From assembly GCA_053919585.1 (NCBI GenBank), contig CM132784.1: a stretch of DNA of 64,000 bases; one strand, 5' to 3'. Shown piece by piece: positions 46,571-61,300 of this stretch. Position 1 is the stretch's first letter; every line of letters begins with the position of its first letter. The DNA comes from Euprymna scolopes. Lineage: Eukaryota. The notes below the pieces were generated by a model. That model was not told the DNA's origin, searched no databases, and was given only the letters and a program-made list of their open reading frames with translations. The position numbers and the translations under genes were made by a program.

Positions 46571-49500
46571 CTGAAAACAGAAAAATGAAACAAATTTTAT
46601 TACCAACGGTTTCAATTGTTTACCCCCCCCCTCCACGATTTCTGGGTTCTTCAATATGACATGGATGCATTAAAACATGATTTCAATTGCTCAAATGAAC
46701 CATGATACTTGATGTTTACACTTAACTGAATGCCTGAAATTATGTTAATTTACTTTTTAAAAAGTTACAAAACCACTTTCAAATCTAAGTCAAAATAAGT
46801 TTATGTATTAATAAGTTGAAAATGTTTGACAAAAACTTTACAAAATATGTTAGCAAACAAATGCTGAAAACAGCAAATGAAATATTCAAAAATGTTGTAG
46901 ACATGTTTTACCTTATCTGGATGTACAGAAAGAACAGCTTTTCTGTAGACTTTTTTCACCTGATCAGCTGAGACCAATTCATGCATTCCACATTCTTTCC
47001 ACCGCGTCTCTTCTTCCCACAAAACTGTGTGCAAGGAACAAAGAAGGGCACGGATGTTTCGCTCTTTCCCTTTTGTCCAGTCCATTATCTACAAATTGAA
47101 ACATACAAAAATTTGATTATTTTTAAATACAGTTTGAAAGCTCAAATAGTTAAGAAACTTTAATATTGATTTTATTTGCATATAATGAATATATATTAAA
47201 TGGCCTGTGATACCTTGGATCAAGACTACACTAAACAGCTCAATATAAAAAGATTAAAAGGTTATGAGTTTAACATTATCAATGTATTAAAAAAGCAGAA
47301 TCAATAAAACATACATTTTGGCAATGTTCACAAAGTTAAAAAAAACTTCATAATACATTGTGATGTCATAACAGACCACCCCTTTCTCTCTCTTTTTTTC
47401 TATTTACACTTTCTTAATTATTGACATTTCATTCTTCTCACCTCTTTTCACGTTCTCTTTATTTACATTATTTGCCTTTCTACCATCCTAAACATGCACG
47501 GTGACAAGCAAGAAAACAGTCACAGTTTTAGTCATTTATACATGTATATATTCTGTATGATGTGTGTAATGTGTATATATATATATATATATATATTACA
47601 CACACACATTGCAGCATAAGTAACACCCTACGTTTACAAAATTAAAATTTAAACTATTTGCTTATTATTTACTTTTTCAAATATGAATATATTGCTACAG
47701 ATAAATAAAATTAAAAAGGATGGTACTTATACTACACTGTGTGTGTGTGTATATATATATATATATTGGGTAGCTATAACCTATAAAATTCATTAAACTT
47801 TTTGACAGACCCAGAAATTATCTGCATTTCATAGGTCAATATATTCAAAATGTGCAAAGAGTAAAAGAAATTTTGTCTGATATACATGAGTGCTACTTCT
47901 GTAGCGAAATACGCATCGGCTCCAATGTTGTACACAGTTTGATTTAGGGAGCAATTATTATTTTTACAAGGAAAGAATTTTTGCGTGTGTGGCCTATTTA
48001 AAAAAAAAAAATTTTATTTTTATTTTGGCTTGAACTTTGCGCTTTATTTTATTTATTTATTTTTTTTAGGGGGGGTGGAGATTATAGTTATAGGTAATTA
48101 TTAACAGGAAAATTGGTGCAAGTTCAAATTCGCACTCGTGGCAATAAACAAAAAGCTTTAGCGTGTATCTACCTCTCATGGAATGTCGTCAGTCGAAACA
48201 CTGAAATGTTATTTGGTGCTTAATGCACTTATTGATTCACGCTATTTTTAAATATTATTTTCAAGTTTAAAGTTTTACGATACCTGTTTTTATTAAATTG
48301 TTAGGTGAAAATACAGAATAGGTACACAACACCCTCCTGTCTCCATGTTAAGAATGGCTTTCTAAATAACGTAATTATTTCAACACGGCTCAATAAGTGC
48401 ATGAGTACCTTTTATTTTCTTGAATAAAATAAAAACTACTCGACGAGAACACTACTGTTTTTGTTTATTTTTTTTTTTTAATAAAAAAATAATTATTAAA
48501 AAATTCCAATTGTTCAAACGTGCTTTTTGGGGATTTTTTTTTAATTACCAAATTTTTCATGTACATGCTTTAAAAAATGTTTCAAAATTATTTAATATTT
48601 TTTCACTTTTCATGTTATAAGCCTCTCTATACATGGCCTCATCGACGTGAGACCATTTTATTTTTCCTACTGATCACGATATGTACTTCAAAAAATCATA
48701 TAACAAAATAATTCACAAAGTTCAAACCCAAATAAAAAATATCCATTAAAAAAAAAAAAAATATACCCAAACAAGCCAAAATAAAAATGCCATAATAAAT
48801 AAGAAAAACTAGGCGCTCCTTAAGTCGAACTATATACAATATCAGAGCCGATGCGTATTTCGCTAGAGGGGTAGCACTCATGTACGTCCGCTGAAATTTT
48901 TTTTTTTTTTTTTTTTTTTATAAAAACACCAAAATGATTTATTATGAATTCATTTATTTGAATGAATAATTTCATTAAAAAAATTACAAAAAATACCAAT
49001 TAAAACTCCCAAAATTACAGACACAAAAAATATCTTTGTAAGTTCATTTTTTATCATTAATGATGAACTCACAGAGTTTCTTATTAACATAAATCTATAT
49101 AGATCTATTTTAAAACCGATTAAGAAATTAATCTGAAAAATATATTCTACTAGAAAAAAAGTAATTGTGGTAAGATTTAGTTTTGGAAATATAGTCATGG
49201 CAAGTGCTCGACTGAACTTCAATCTATGGTCCTCCCTCGCCAAACATTCACGAGAAACACTCGTCTAGCTAAAAACACTAGCAATAATTTCCCCCACTCT
49301 TTATCTGTGTTTAAACCTAAACGTGGATTCCATGAACAAAGCTTTTTTCTTAGAACTGCACATCTGTGGAACTCTCTTCCATTTAACTGCTTTCCAGCTG
49401 ACTACAATATGGCTGTCTTCAAGTCCAACATAAACAAGTTCTTGATGAGCCGTTCCCCTTAAGTGATCCAATTAACAAATTTCCACTAACAATTACTACG

Positions 49501-52500
49501 TCACTGTCCCATTGACCATTATACACTTATTAACCCTTATCCTCGAGTGGCCTCTGAGCCTTGATAAGTGGTGACTCCTTTGTAAAAAAAAAAAAAAAAA
49601 AATCCTTTTTGATAAAGTTTCAGCACAAGGTTAGAAATTCAAAAAAGAAAAAATCAGTTCAATTTTTATACATTCATTATTTAAAAAAAATTCACAATTT
49701 AATTTTTTTCATAATGAATAGGTAGGTGTGTGCTTTTTCTCATTTCATACCTTTATTTTATCTGGATCCATTTCTTTCACTAATATTTCTTTTCTCATTT
49801 CACCAATCGTCCGCGGTTCGTTTGCTTTCTTCGAACTAAAATCTCCAAGCAAATCACCAAATGTATCAGAGTGAACTTTCGGCTTTGGTCCTTTAAAACA
49901 AAAGAAACAATTTTTTTGAGATTAAAGTTTTGCTCATCTCGATCGCAAATTGATTTTCAGCAAATGATCTTTCATTCTAACATGAACACGTTTTGAAGAA
50001 ATATAAAAAAAAGTGCAAATTATTTTTTTTTTCAAATGCGGATCTAAATTTTAGTTTGGTTTTATGTATTCTTGTCAGAATTTCTCCAAATTAAAAACAA
50101 CAATAAAGAAAAATCTGTATGATGGACATAGCCATGACAAAAAAAATATTGTATACCAAAAATCATGTAAATTGATCAAGTAGTTTTATTTTTAAACTAG
50201 CAGTACCTGTTGCCTGGAGGCATTTAAAAAAAATGCTAACTAAAAAAATATTAAATATTCATTTTTAATGAATATATGCTTAAAATTAATTTGTATTTAC
50301 ATGTAAACACCCAAAATTATAATTTGAGCTTTATTTCCATGTTGATTCTTTGAATCTCACAAATGAATGCAATTGCATTCTTTTGTATTTAAGTGATCAA
50401 TAGGGATTTCCAATGTTTAGAATTTGTAATGTCATTATTTTGCCTGTATTTTATGAAGCTGTTTATAGGTATTGTTTATTAATGGATAAAATAAATATTA
50501 CTTCAGCATAGATAATGGTAAAATTCCGAGGGATTGTGATATGTTTTGTTCAGATTTCATGGGGGGGGGGGGGGTACGAAAATAATTTTCTGAATTCTTT
50601 AACTCACACATGCAATGGAAGTATGAAATGTGGAATATGAACGGAACAGTATTGGAAAATGCTGAAGGCAATCTATTTTTGTTTTCTGTGAAGGAAATTA
50701 ATTGTGATATTCAAAAACATTTTTTTTCTAGGAATAAACAGCAATGTCTGGTCTGATGTTAAACTTTACTAAATCAAGTTTTTTTTTTTCTTTTCTTCCA
50801 ATCCAAAGTTCTCCAATTTTTGGACAAGTGGATGTTTCTCCACATTAAGAACTGACTTTTTGTCAAAATTTTGTCTTGTAGGGAGGCAAGTACAATGTGA
50901 AAATAATGTTATTTAAAAACCCATTCTAAACATGGGGATGATTGGGGCATAATGACCTATTCTGTACTTTCAGCTAAAAATTTAATGAACCCAACTACTG
51001 CTAAAAATTAAGTTAACTTGAAAATCATAACCTCTCCCTTTTGAGTATATACCCCTTTTTCCACTTCCCCAAAAATGTTACCAATGAACACAAGCACTGT
51101 TAAAAATTAATTGAACTTGAAAATCCTGAAAAAAAAAAAAAGAGTAAATTTTGATCATCTTATGCCCCCCCCCCTCCTCCCAAAGTTGAAACAATCTTGT
51201 AACTTTGTTGTAAATGATGCAAAAATATTTATAAAAAAGTTGCAGTAAAATATATTTAACCATAAATAAGGAATACTTTTATATATTTTAAATCAACTGT
51301 ACCTTTGAAAATGATTTATTGTATAATTGTAAATACACATTAAAACAGTTAATTGCAGTTAAAAAAAACAAAACAAACTTTATGTGAATGACAATTTTTG
51401 TAAGAATTTAATGGGATAAAATAAGAAAAGAATCTTAAAAAATCATATTTGAATAATTTTATTCTTCGATAATAATTTCTAACAATTCAACTGTAATTTT
51501 GATATACAAAAAAAAAAAATAATGATTTATATAGAAAAGTTTTCAATCATGTAATTTTTAAATTGTACAAAATTAAAAATCAAAATGATTTCTATATAAA
51601 AGTTATCTTTCTTTTAATTCAGCTGATACTTTTGAGGAAACGATTTCCTTTGCAAAACAAGATGTAAAAAAGATCTTATTATAATTAGTAACAATTCCCT
51701 GACTTCAAATATCCGTAGGATTTCACATGAAGCAACATTTTATTTTCATTCTGTTTATTAAGGGATAACAAATTACAACAATAGCCAAAAAACAGATGAG
51801 GAAGAAAATATTTAAAAAAAAAAAATGGCCGACTTACAAAAATTTTAAAAGCTTTTTAATGAATTTCCAATAATTTTTCAGAGGAAAAAATTGAAGTGTA
51901 TAATAACGAAGACAAAGAAAAATGCATATCCTTTTTTTTGCAAAAGTTAAAACTGTACTAATGATGGTTGGTCTGTAATGCTTACGTGTCAGATCATTAG
52001 TTCTTTCCATTTGTCACACAAATTTAAAATGAAAATCTTCAAAATAATAAAAATTTAATTTTTATTTTTTAATTTTATTTTCACCTCAAGCAAGGCACAG
52101 TGCCACTTTGATGTAGGGGGCTACTATCAGGGTCATAAGTTGCAGGGATGCTATGTAGGGAGTTAAGCAGCAAGATGTCTGTTCACATTACACTTGAACT
52201 TCTGCATGTCAGTACAATTCAGAAAGCATGAACCCGGAAGGGTGTTTCAAAGTCTAGCAGTTCTGGGAGGAAGACACTATTAGAGTAGAAGGCTTTCTGG
52301 CATCTAAAGATCAGTGTAGAGGTGGGATTTTGCTGCTTGTCGGGTTTACAAGGGCTTATAATTCATCAGAATAATCACCATTAAAATACTTGTAGAACAG
52401 GCAGAGAGATGCAACATCTCGTCGATGGGACAGAAGCTGAAGTTTAGATGACAGTTCAGAACCTATTAGGTTGGTGACTCTTTTGAACCTTGCCTAGAAG

Positions 52501-55281
52501 CGAGAGACTAGTAACAGATACACCAGCCCAAATATGACAACAATACTCCATACATGGGTGAATGGTGGCCTTGTAGAGGTACAGGATACTTTCAGGCGTA
52601 AGTAACTTTCTAACATGGGAGAGAGAGCCCACCTTCTTTGCAGCGGCCCTGGCAATGCTCCCAATGTATCTGCTCCAACTCGTATTCCCTGTGAATGTTA
52701 AGCCGAGGAGTTTGAAAGTACTTTCAGATAATGTATCTTTAGCCATAGCGATTGGTGGTTGAGAAGGTTTCTTGTAATTATTGAAGGAAACAAGCTTAGT
52801 TTTGGCAGCATTGAATGTGACCATCCATTTTTGTCCCCATTCCACCACATATTCGAGGTCTTCCTTTAGTGTTTCTGCCATTTCCTTAGATATGTGTTCA
52901 TTTGTTTTCCCCTCATGTCCGTTATAGAGCGTGGTGTCATCAGCAAATATACCTATCTCTGAGACAATTTTATCAGGAAGGTTATTTATGAATATGAGGA
53001 ATAATAAAGGTCCAAGGATTGACCCTTGAGGTACTCCCGCATTTATATCATATTGTTTAGATGTACGACCATCGAGGATAATTTGGATTCCTTATTTATT
53101 TAAGAAGGATTTAATTATGTTAAGTATTCGTCCAGTGATATCGTATGATCTAATTTTCATTGTGCCAAACCCTGTCAAAAGCCTAGGGCTGCTGCTGTAC
53201 CCTCCCCTACTTTTTCCAGTGTATGGTATATATACGTTCAGAGATTACAGTTAGGATATCTGCTATAGAACAGGCTTGCTTAAATGTTGGTCAGTCAAAA
53301 GTAGAGGCTGTAAGGTGATGGACTAGAGCTTGGTTAATTATGGACTCAAATATTTTGGCAAAAAGCAGGAGGAGGTTAATGGGGAAATAATTTGATGGGT
53401 CAGTTTTTTTTGCTAGAATTCTTGTAAACCAGTACCACAGAAGCCGTTTTCCAGCAGTCAAGAAAGCAAGATTCATTAAACATTTGTTGTAAAGCTTGGA
53501 GAGAACTGGAGTTACCTCAGTGGAGCATTTTTTTAATAGCATAGCCGGGATGAGATTGGGTCCACATGCTTTTGAGGTGTCTAAATTTTTTATGATACAA
53601 TGCACTTGAGAAAGGGTGATTTTCAGATCATCTAGTGTGTCTGCAAAGGAAAATCAGGGAGGGAGGAAGTGGTTTGCTGGGTTCAATGTGGAGTTTCAAG
53701 CAAACCGACTGGCAAGCATGTTAGCCTTCTCAGTTACCGTGTGAACAACCTTATTATTGTTGGATAGTGGGGGAATTGTCGATTGCCCATTATTTACTAC
53801 ACTGTTGAAGATTTTCCAGAAATCACAAGTTCCTAATTTCTGTGCTTCAATGCGTTTTCTGGTAGTTTCAGTATATTCTCTCTTGGCTGTTGCTATTTCT
53901 TACAATTACTTTTAGCTTCTATAAACTTTTGTCTTAGAAACAACTTCACAAAAATACATAAAAAATCAAACTTTCATAATTACCAAATAACTAATAACCT
54001 TTCTCCATCTCTTCTGAACAATGACAACAAAAAAATTAGAATATTAAATACACATTCAAATAAACAATGTTGAAAAAGGGAAATGCAGTAAAAAGAAAAA
54101 GAGTATTAAAAAATCAAAAGAGTATTAAAAAATCAAAAGAGTATTAAAAAATCAAAAGAGTATTAAAAAAGAAAAAGAGTATTAAAAAGTCAAAAGACGA
54201 CAGATCAAACAAGTTTGATTGGTTGTTGGCTTACATGGCACGTCAATCATTGATGGATATTTGTATACTGAAACTATATGTATTTTAATTGGCTTGTAAA
54301 TTTATTTGTTTTGGATACTTAGATTTTGTAAACAAATTTTCTATTTAACCCATAGAGAATTGGTGGGGGGTCCTAACAGGAATTTCTATTCTTGACCAGA
54401 GTGAACTTGAGAGTACTGATAATTAAGGCTTGGTTTGTTTTACAGCACATCAACCCTTTTCAATATCCTATAATGCTGAATTTGTTTTTTTTGATAAAAG
54501 TTTTTATTCTTCAAGTTGTTTTAAATCTTCAAATATTTATTAATGGTGTTTGGTTTGGTTGTTTTGTTTTTGACTTTGCAGAACCTGATTACTGTTTGCA
54601 AAGGGGAGAAACAACAATAAAGTTTTGTGTATTTTAAACCAGTATCTTCAGACTGTCTGATCTGGTAGCATCAGTATTGAAAATTAAAGAATAATTTCTA
54701 AGTGTTTAAATTGCACTTGAAGAACATGTACAGAACAAAAAGAAAGAATACTATGAAAAAGAACAAGTAAAAAAAACAAAAAAAAAAACAGGATTGAACA
54801 TTGTATCATTGTTGGTTTTAGTATTATTATTAGACTGGGTTTGTGTTCAGGAGAGATGAAAAAACATAAGCTCAGTGTCTTCCATTTTCAAAAAAGTATG
54901 AATTTTATAAATGTTTGTAGAATCATGTTGAATGGATGACGAAACATAATATCATTCATTATGCCGAACTGCAGAAATAGATTGCCAAAATTGAAACCAT
55001 CCGATTGTTTTAAATAATTCATGATTAAAGCAAATCTTACCAAATGGTTTTCGAGTACCACGATCATCTCTGTTACCGATCACACTGGCTGATGTGAAAC
55101 CAGCTTTTGATTGCGGCTGAGCTGGCTGCTGGGGTGGGACTTGTTTCTTTGGCGACGGCGGAGCCTGGGATGCAGGAGGAGCTTGAGTTTGTTGCCAGCC
55201 GCCACTAGCTGTTGTTGGAGCACCACTAGTCGTACCTACAATATATATATATATACCCATCACATTTATTTACTTGTACCT

Positions 55282-55319
<38 letters not shown>

Positions 55320-58300
55320 CATCACATTTATTTACTTGTACCTACAATATATATATATACATCACATTTATTTACTCATACCTAAAATATATATATATAT
55401 ATCTCCCCATCCATCCATCACATTTATTTACTCGTACCTACAATATCATATATATAAATTCAACCAAAGCAGGTTGGGGAGTACACCAGACAAAATGATG
55501 TAGAAATAGAAATCTCAACATAGTTGAAGACAAAGGATGGAAATAATAATTTAAAATATCCATACAAAAAGGTTGATAACAATGAAACATTACTTAGACA
55601 TAACAAAAATTCTATCATCATTGAACTATAAACTAGTGTTGGGACGATTAATCAGAATCGGAAAAATCAGAGCTTTTTGGGGTATCGGAATCGGGAAAAT
55701 TTTAGCCTATTTTCCGATGCCAAAACAGATTTCTTTAATTATCCATTTTATTTTGTTTTTATAAAACGTCTTCCATTGCTTGTAGTAATAAAATAATATT
55801 TATTGATTTAAACTTCCAGTAAGATTAAAATCTCTAGATCACACCCTCACAAGTGTATTTTTAGGTTTGAGAAAATAGGATGTGTTTTACAGTAATCGGG
55901 ACAAAATAATAACTTTAGAGTTAAAATATTTAGGAATTTATAAAGAATCAGAATCGGTAATTGTATCGGAATCGGAAATTTAGTACGGAATCTGGAAAAC
56001 TATTGGAATCGTCCCATCACTACTATAAACACAAGTGTTACATATAATGTTAATATGATCATGCTTCCTGCCAATAACTAATGCATGTTTTTGCAAATTA
56101 ACAGTTACTTTCATTGGATTTCAGAATTTCTTATATTAATTCTGACTATCTTGACTCTCACAAATCAGTCATCCTTTGAGAAAGTGAGCAAAAATTTCAC
56201 TCACTTCTAGGAATTTTCCTTCATTGTAAACTTTTTCATGCACATTCTGTTATTGTTTTATTTTCTTATTCCTTGATATTTTCTTTCAACTTCCCTCAGT
56301 AAATATAGACCACTCCTGCAAGCTAACATTGTTGCTGCATTTTGATTAGCTGACTAAAATCCTATTCATGGAATAGAAGAATATTATTGCTGAACACTAA
56401 ACAAACAACGGCTCTTAGCCCGCCATTCAGTAAATGGCATTCGCTTACAAAAAACTATGCTTCTAAAATTTCCATGAGTCTCTTTTTATGCATAAAAAAA
56501 ATTACTTTGAAATAATTTTTCAGATATATATGTTCAATATTTGATATGCAAAAACGAATACTCACTATGATTTGTAATCATCTGATAAGACATCACTCCT
56601 AGAATGAATATTATTGATGATTGAAAAGTTTTTAATTATTCACAATATAAATCAAGTTGATTAGATTTTCAATGAATTGTATAAGAAATTTTTCAGGTGA
56701 AATCATTCATCTCAATAGTTTAGAAATGAAAAATTCAAATTTTCTAATATTTCCTTGTGATAACTTTTCTCAACATACATGCTCTTTGTTTCATTTTTTT
56801 TTAAAACTCTTAACATACTTTTTCTCTACACTTCAAAAATGATAATGGTCCATGTTAATTACAAAACAATATTCACTTCTGATATAACAAGAATTTAACT
56901 TTGTTTTGTACTATTTTCAACAAAAATCAGTTTGGTTTGGTTCAAATTCTGTAGAAGCACCAAAATAAAAAAAAAAAAATCCACACGCTGATCTTCTATC
57001 TAAACACAAAGTATTTGACAGACTTCTTAGTGTGTGTGTGTGTAGGGGGGGGGACAATTAATAATTTTTAAAAGACTATCTCTTTCACCTAAGAAAAAAA
57101 AAAAACATTTTTCTGCAACACCTTCCATTTTAAATGATTAGTTTGGTTAAAACTATAACAAAAAATCTAAATCAAATAATTTGATTAAAAAACAGTATAA
57201 TTAAAATAATAAAAAGAGGGAAATAAAAACGAAACGGAAAGAACTGGCAATGTTGGATAAGTATATCTAACAATCTTTTATTTAAATTTAATAAAAAATA
57301 TTTGTTTACTTTCAATCAAAGTTGCAATAATATTTAGTCAAACTATTTTACCCTGCATAGCATAATCTAAAATAATAACTGTACGACATAATATATAAAA
57401 ATAACTGAATGACGTAATCCCAAAAAAAAAAAAAAAAAATAACTGCATGACGTAATCCAAAAAAAAAAAATAAATAACTGCATGACGTAATCTTAAAAAA
57501 TATATAACTGCATGACGTAATCTTAAAAAATATATAACTGCATGACAATCTAAAAAAATTACTGCATGACATAATCTAAAAAAATAACTGCATGACATAA
57601 TCTAAAAAAAATAACTGCATGACATAATCTAAAAAAAAAACTGCATGACATAATCTAAAAAAAATAACTGAATCACATAATCTAAAAAAAATAACTGCAT
57701 CACATAATCTAAAAAAAAATAACTGCATCACATAATCTAAAAAAAATAACTGCATCACATAATCTAAAAAAAAATAACTGCATGACATAATCTAAAAAAA
57801 TAACTGCATGACATGATCTAAAAAAATAATGTAATCTAAAAAAATATCTGCATAACGTAATCTAAAAAAAAATAACTGCATGACATTATCTAAAAAAATA
57901 ATGTAATCTAAAAAAATAACTGCATAACGTAATCTAAAAAATAACGTAATCTAAAAAAATAACTGCATGACATGATCTAAAAAAATAATGTAATCTAAAA
58001 AAATAACTGCATAACGTAATCTAAAAAAAAAATAACTGCATGACATGATCTAAAAAAATAATGTAATCTAAAAAAATAACTGCATAACGTAATCTAAAAA
58101 AAAAATAACTGCATGACATTATCTAAAAAAATAATGTAATCTAAAAAAATAACTGCATAACGTAATCTAAAAAAAAAAATAACTGCATGACATTATCTAA
58201 AAAATAATGTAATCTAAAAAAATAACTGCATAACGTAATCTAAAAAATAATGTAATCTAAAAAAATAACTGCATCACATAATCTAAAAAAAATAACTGCA

Positions 58301-61300
58301 TCACATAATCTAAAATAATAACTGCATCACATAATCTAAAATAATAACTGCATCACATAATCTAAAATAATAACTGCATCACATAATCAAAAATAATAAC
58401 TGCATCACATAATCTAAAATAATAACTGCATCACATAATCTAAAATAATAACTGCATCACATAATCTAAAATAATAACTGCATCACATAATCTAAAAAAA
58501 ATAACTGCATCACATAATCTAAAAAAAATAACTGCATCACATAATCTAAAAAAATAACTGCATGACATAATCTAAAAAAAATAACTGCATGACATAATCT
58601 AAAAAAAATAACTGCATGACATAATCTAAAAAAAATAACTGCATGATATAATCTAAAAAAAATAACTGCATGACATAATCTAAAAAAATAACTGCATGAT
58701 ATGATCTAAAAAAAATAACTGCATGACATGATCTAAAAAAAAATAACTGCATGACATGATCTAAAAAAAATAACTGCATGACATGATCTAAAAAATAATC
58801 ACATGACAATCTAAAAAAATAACTGCATCATATAATCTAAAAAAAATAACTGCATGACATGATCTAAAAAAATAACTGCATGACATGATCTAAAAAAAAT
58901 AACCGCATGACATGATCTAAAAAAATAACTGCATGACATGATCTAAAAAAATAATGTAATCTAAAAAAATAACTGCATGACGTAATCTAAAAAAATAACT
59001 GCATGACGTAATCTAAAAAAATAACTGCATGACGTAATCTAAAAAAATAACTGCATGACGTAATCTAAAAAATAACTGCATGACGTAATCTAAAAAATAA
59101 CTGCATGACATAATCTAAAAAAAAAACTGCATCATATAATCTAAAAAAAATAACTGCATGACATGATCTAAAAAAAATAACTGCATGACATGATCTAAAA
59201 AAATAACTGCATGACATAATCTAAAAAAATAACTGCATGACATAATCTAAAAAAATAACTGCATGACATGATCTAAAAAAACAACTGCATGACATGATCT
59301 AAAAAAATAACTGCATGACATGATCTAAAAAAATAACTGCATGACATGATCTAAAAAAATAACTGCATGACATGATCTAAAAAAATAACTGCATGACATA
59401 ATCTAAAAAAATAACTGCATGACATAATCTAAAAAAAAAACTGCATGACATAATCTAAAAAAATAACTGCATGACATAATCTAAAAAAATAACTGCATGA
59501 CATAATCTAAAAAAATAACTGCATGATATGATCTAAAAAAAATAACTGCATGACATGATCTAAAAAAAAATAACTGCATGACATGATCTAAAAAAAATAA
59601 CTGCATGACATGATCTAAAAAATAACTACATGACAATCTAAAAAAATAACTGCATCATATAATCTAAAAAAAATAACTGCATGACATGATCTAAAAAAAT
59701 AACTGCATGACATGATCTAAAAAAAATAACCGCATGACATGATCTAAAAAAATAACCGCATGACATGATCTAAAAAAATAACTGCATGACATGATCTAAA
59801 AAAATAACTGCATGACATGATCTAAAAAAATAATGTAATCTAAAAAAATAACTGCATGACGTAATCTAAAAAAATAACTGCATGACGTAATCTAAAAAAT
59901 AACTGCATGACGTAATCTAAAAAATAACTGCATGACGTAATCTAAAAAATAACTGCATGACATAATCTAAAAAAATAACTGCATCATATAATCTAATAAA
60001 AATAACTGCATGACATGATCTAAAAAAAATAACTGCATGACATAATCTAAAAAAATAACTGCATGACATAATCTAAAAAAATAACTGCATGACATAATCT
60101 AAAAAAATAACTGCATGACATAATCTAAAAAAATAACTGCATGACATGATCTAAAAAAACAACTGCATGACATAATCTAAAAAAACAACTGCATGACATA
60201 ATCTAAAAAAACAACTGCATGACATAATCTAAAAAAATAACTGCATGACATAATCTAAAAAAACAACTGCATGATATGATCTAAAAAAAATAACTGCATG
60301 ACATGATCTAAAAAAAAATAACTGCATGACATGATCTAAAAAAAATAACTGCATGACATGATCTAAAAAATAACTACATGACAATCTAAAAAAATAACTG
60401 CCTCATATAATCTAAAAAAAATAACTGCATGACATGATCTAAAAAAATAACTGCATGACATGATCTATAAAAAATAACCGCATGACATGATCTAAAAAAA
60501 TAACTGCATGACATGATCTAAAAAAATAATGTAATCTAAAAAAATAACTGCATGACGTAATCTAAAAAAATAACTGCATGACGTAATCTAAAAAATAACT
60601 GCATGACGTAATCTAAAAAATAACTGCATGACATAATCTAAAAAAAATAACTGCATCATATAATCTAAAAAAAATAACTGCATGACATGATCTAAAAAAA
60701 ATAACTGCATGACATGATCTAAAAAAATAACTGCATGACATGATCTAAAAAAATAACTGCATGACATAATCTAAAAAAATAACTGCATGACATAATCTAA
60801 AAAAATAACTGCATGACATGATCTAAAAAAATAACTGCATGACATGATCTAAAAAAACAACTGCATGACATAATCTAAAAAAACAACTGCATGACATAAT
60901 CTAAAAAAATAACTGCATGACATGATCTAAAAAAATAACTGCATGACATAATCTAAAAAAATAACTGCATGACATAATCTAAAAAAATAACTGCATGACA
61001 TAATCTAAAAAAATAACTGCATGACATGATCTAAAAAAATAATGTAATCTAAAAAAATAACTGCATAACGTAATCTAAAAAAAAAATAACTGCATGACAT
61101 TATCTAAAAAAATAATGTAATCTAAAAAAAATAACGTAATCTAAAAATATAACTGCATAACGTAATCTAAAAAAATAACGTAATCTAAAAAAAAATAACT
61201 GCATCACATAATTTAAAATAATAACTGCATCACATAATCTAAAATAATAACTGCATCACATAATCTAAAATAATAACTGCATCACATAATCTAAAATAAT

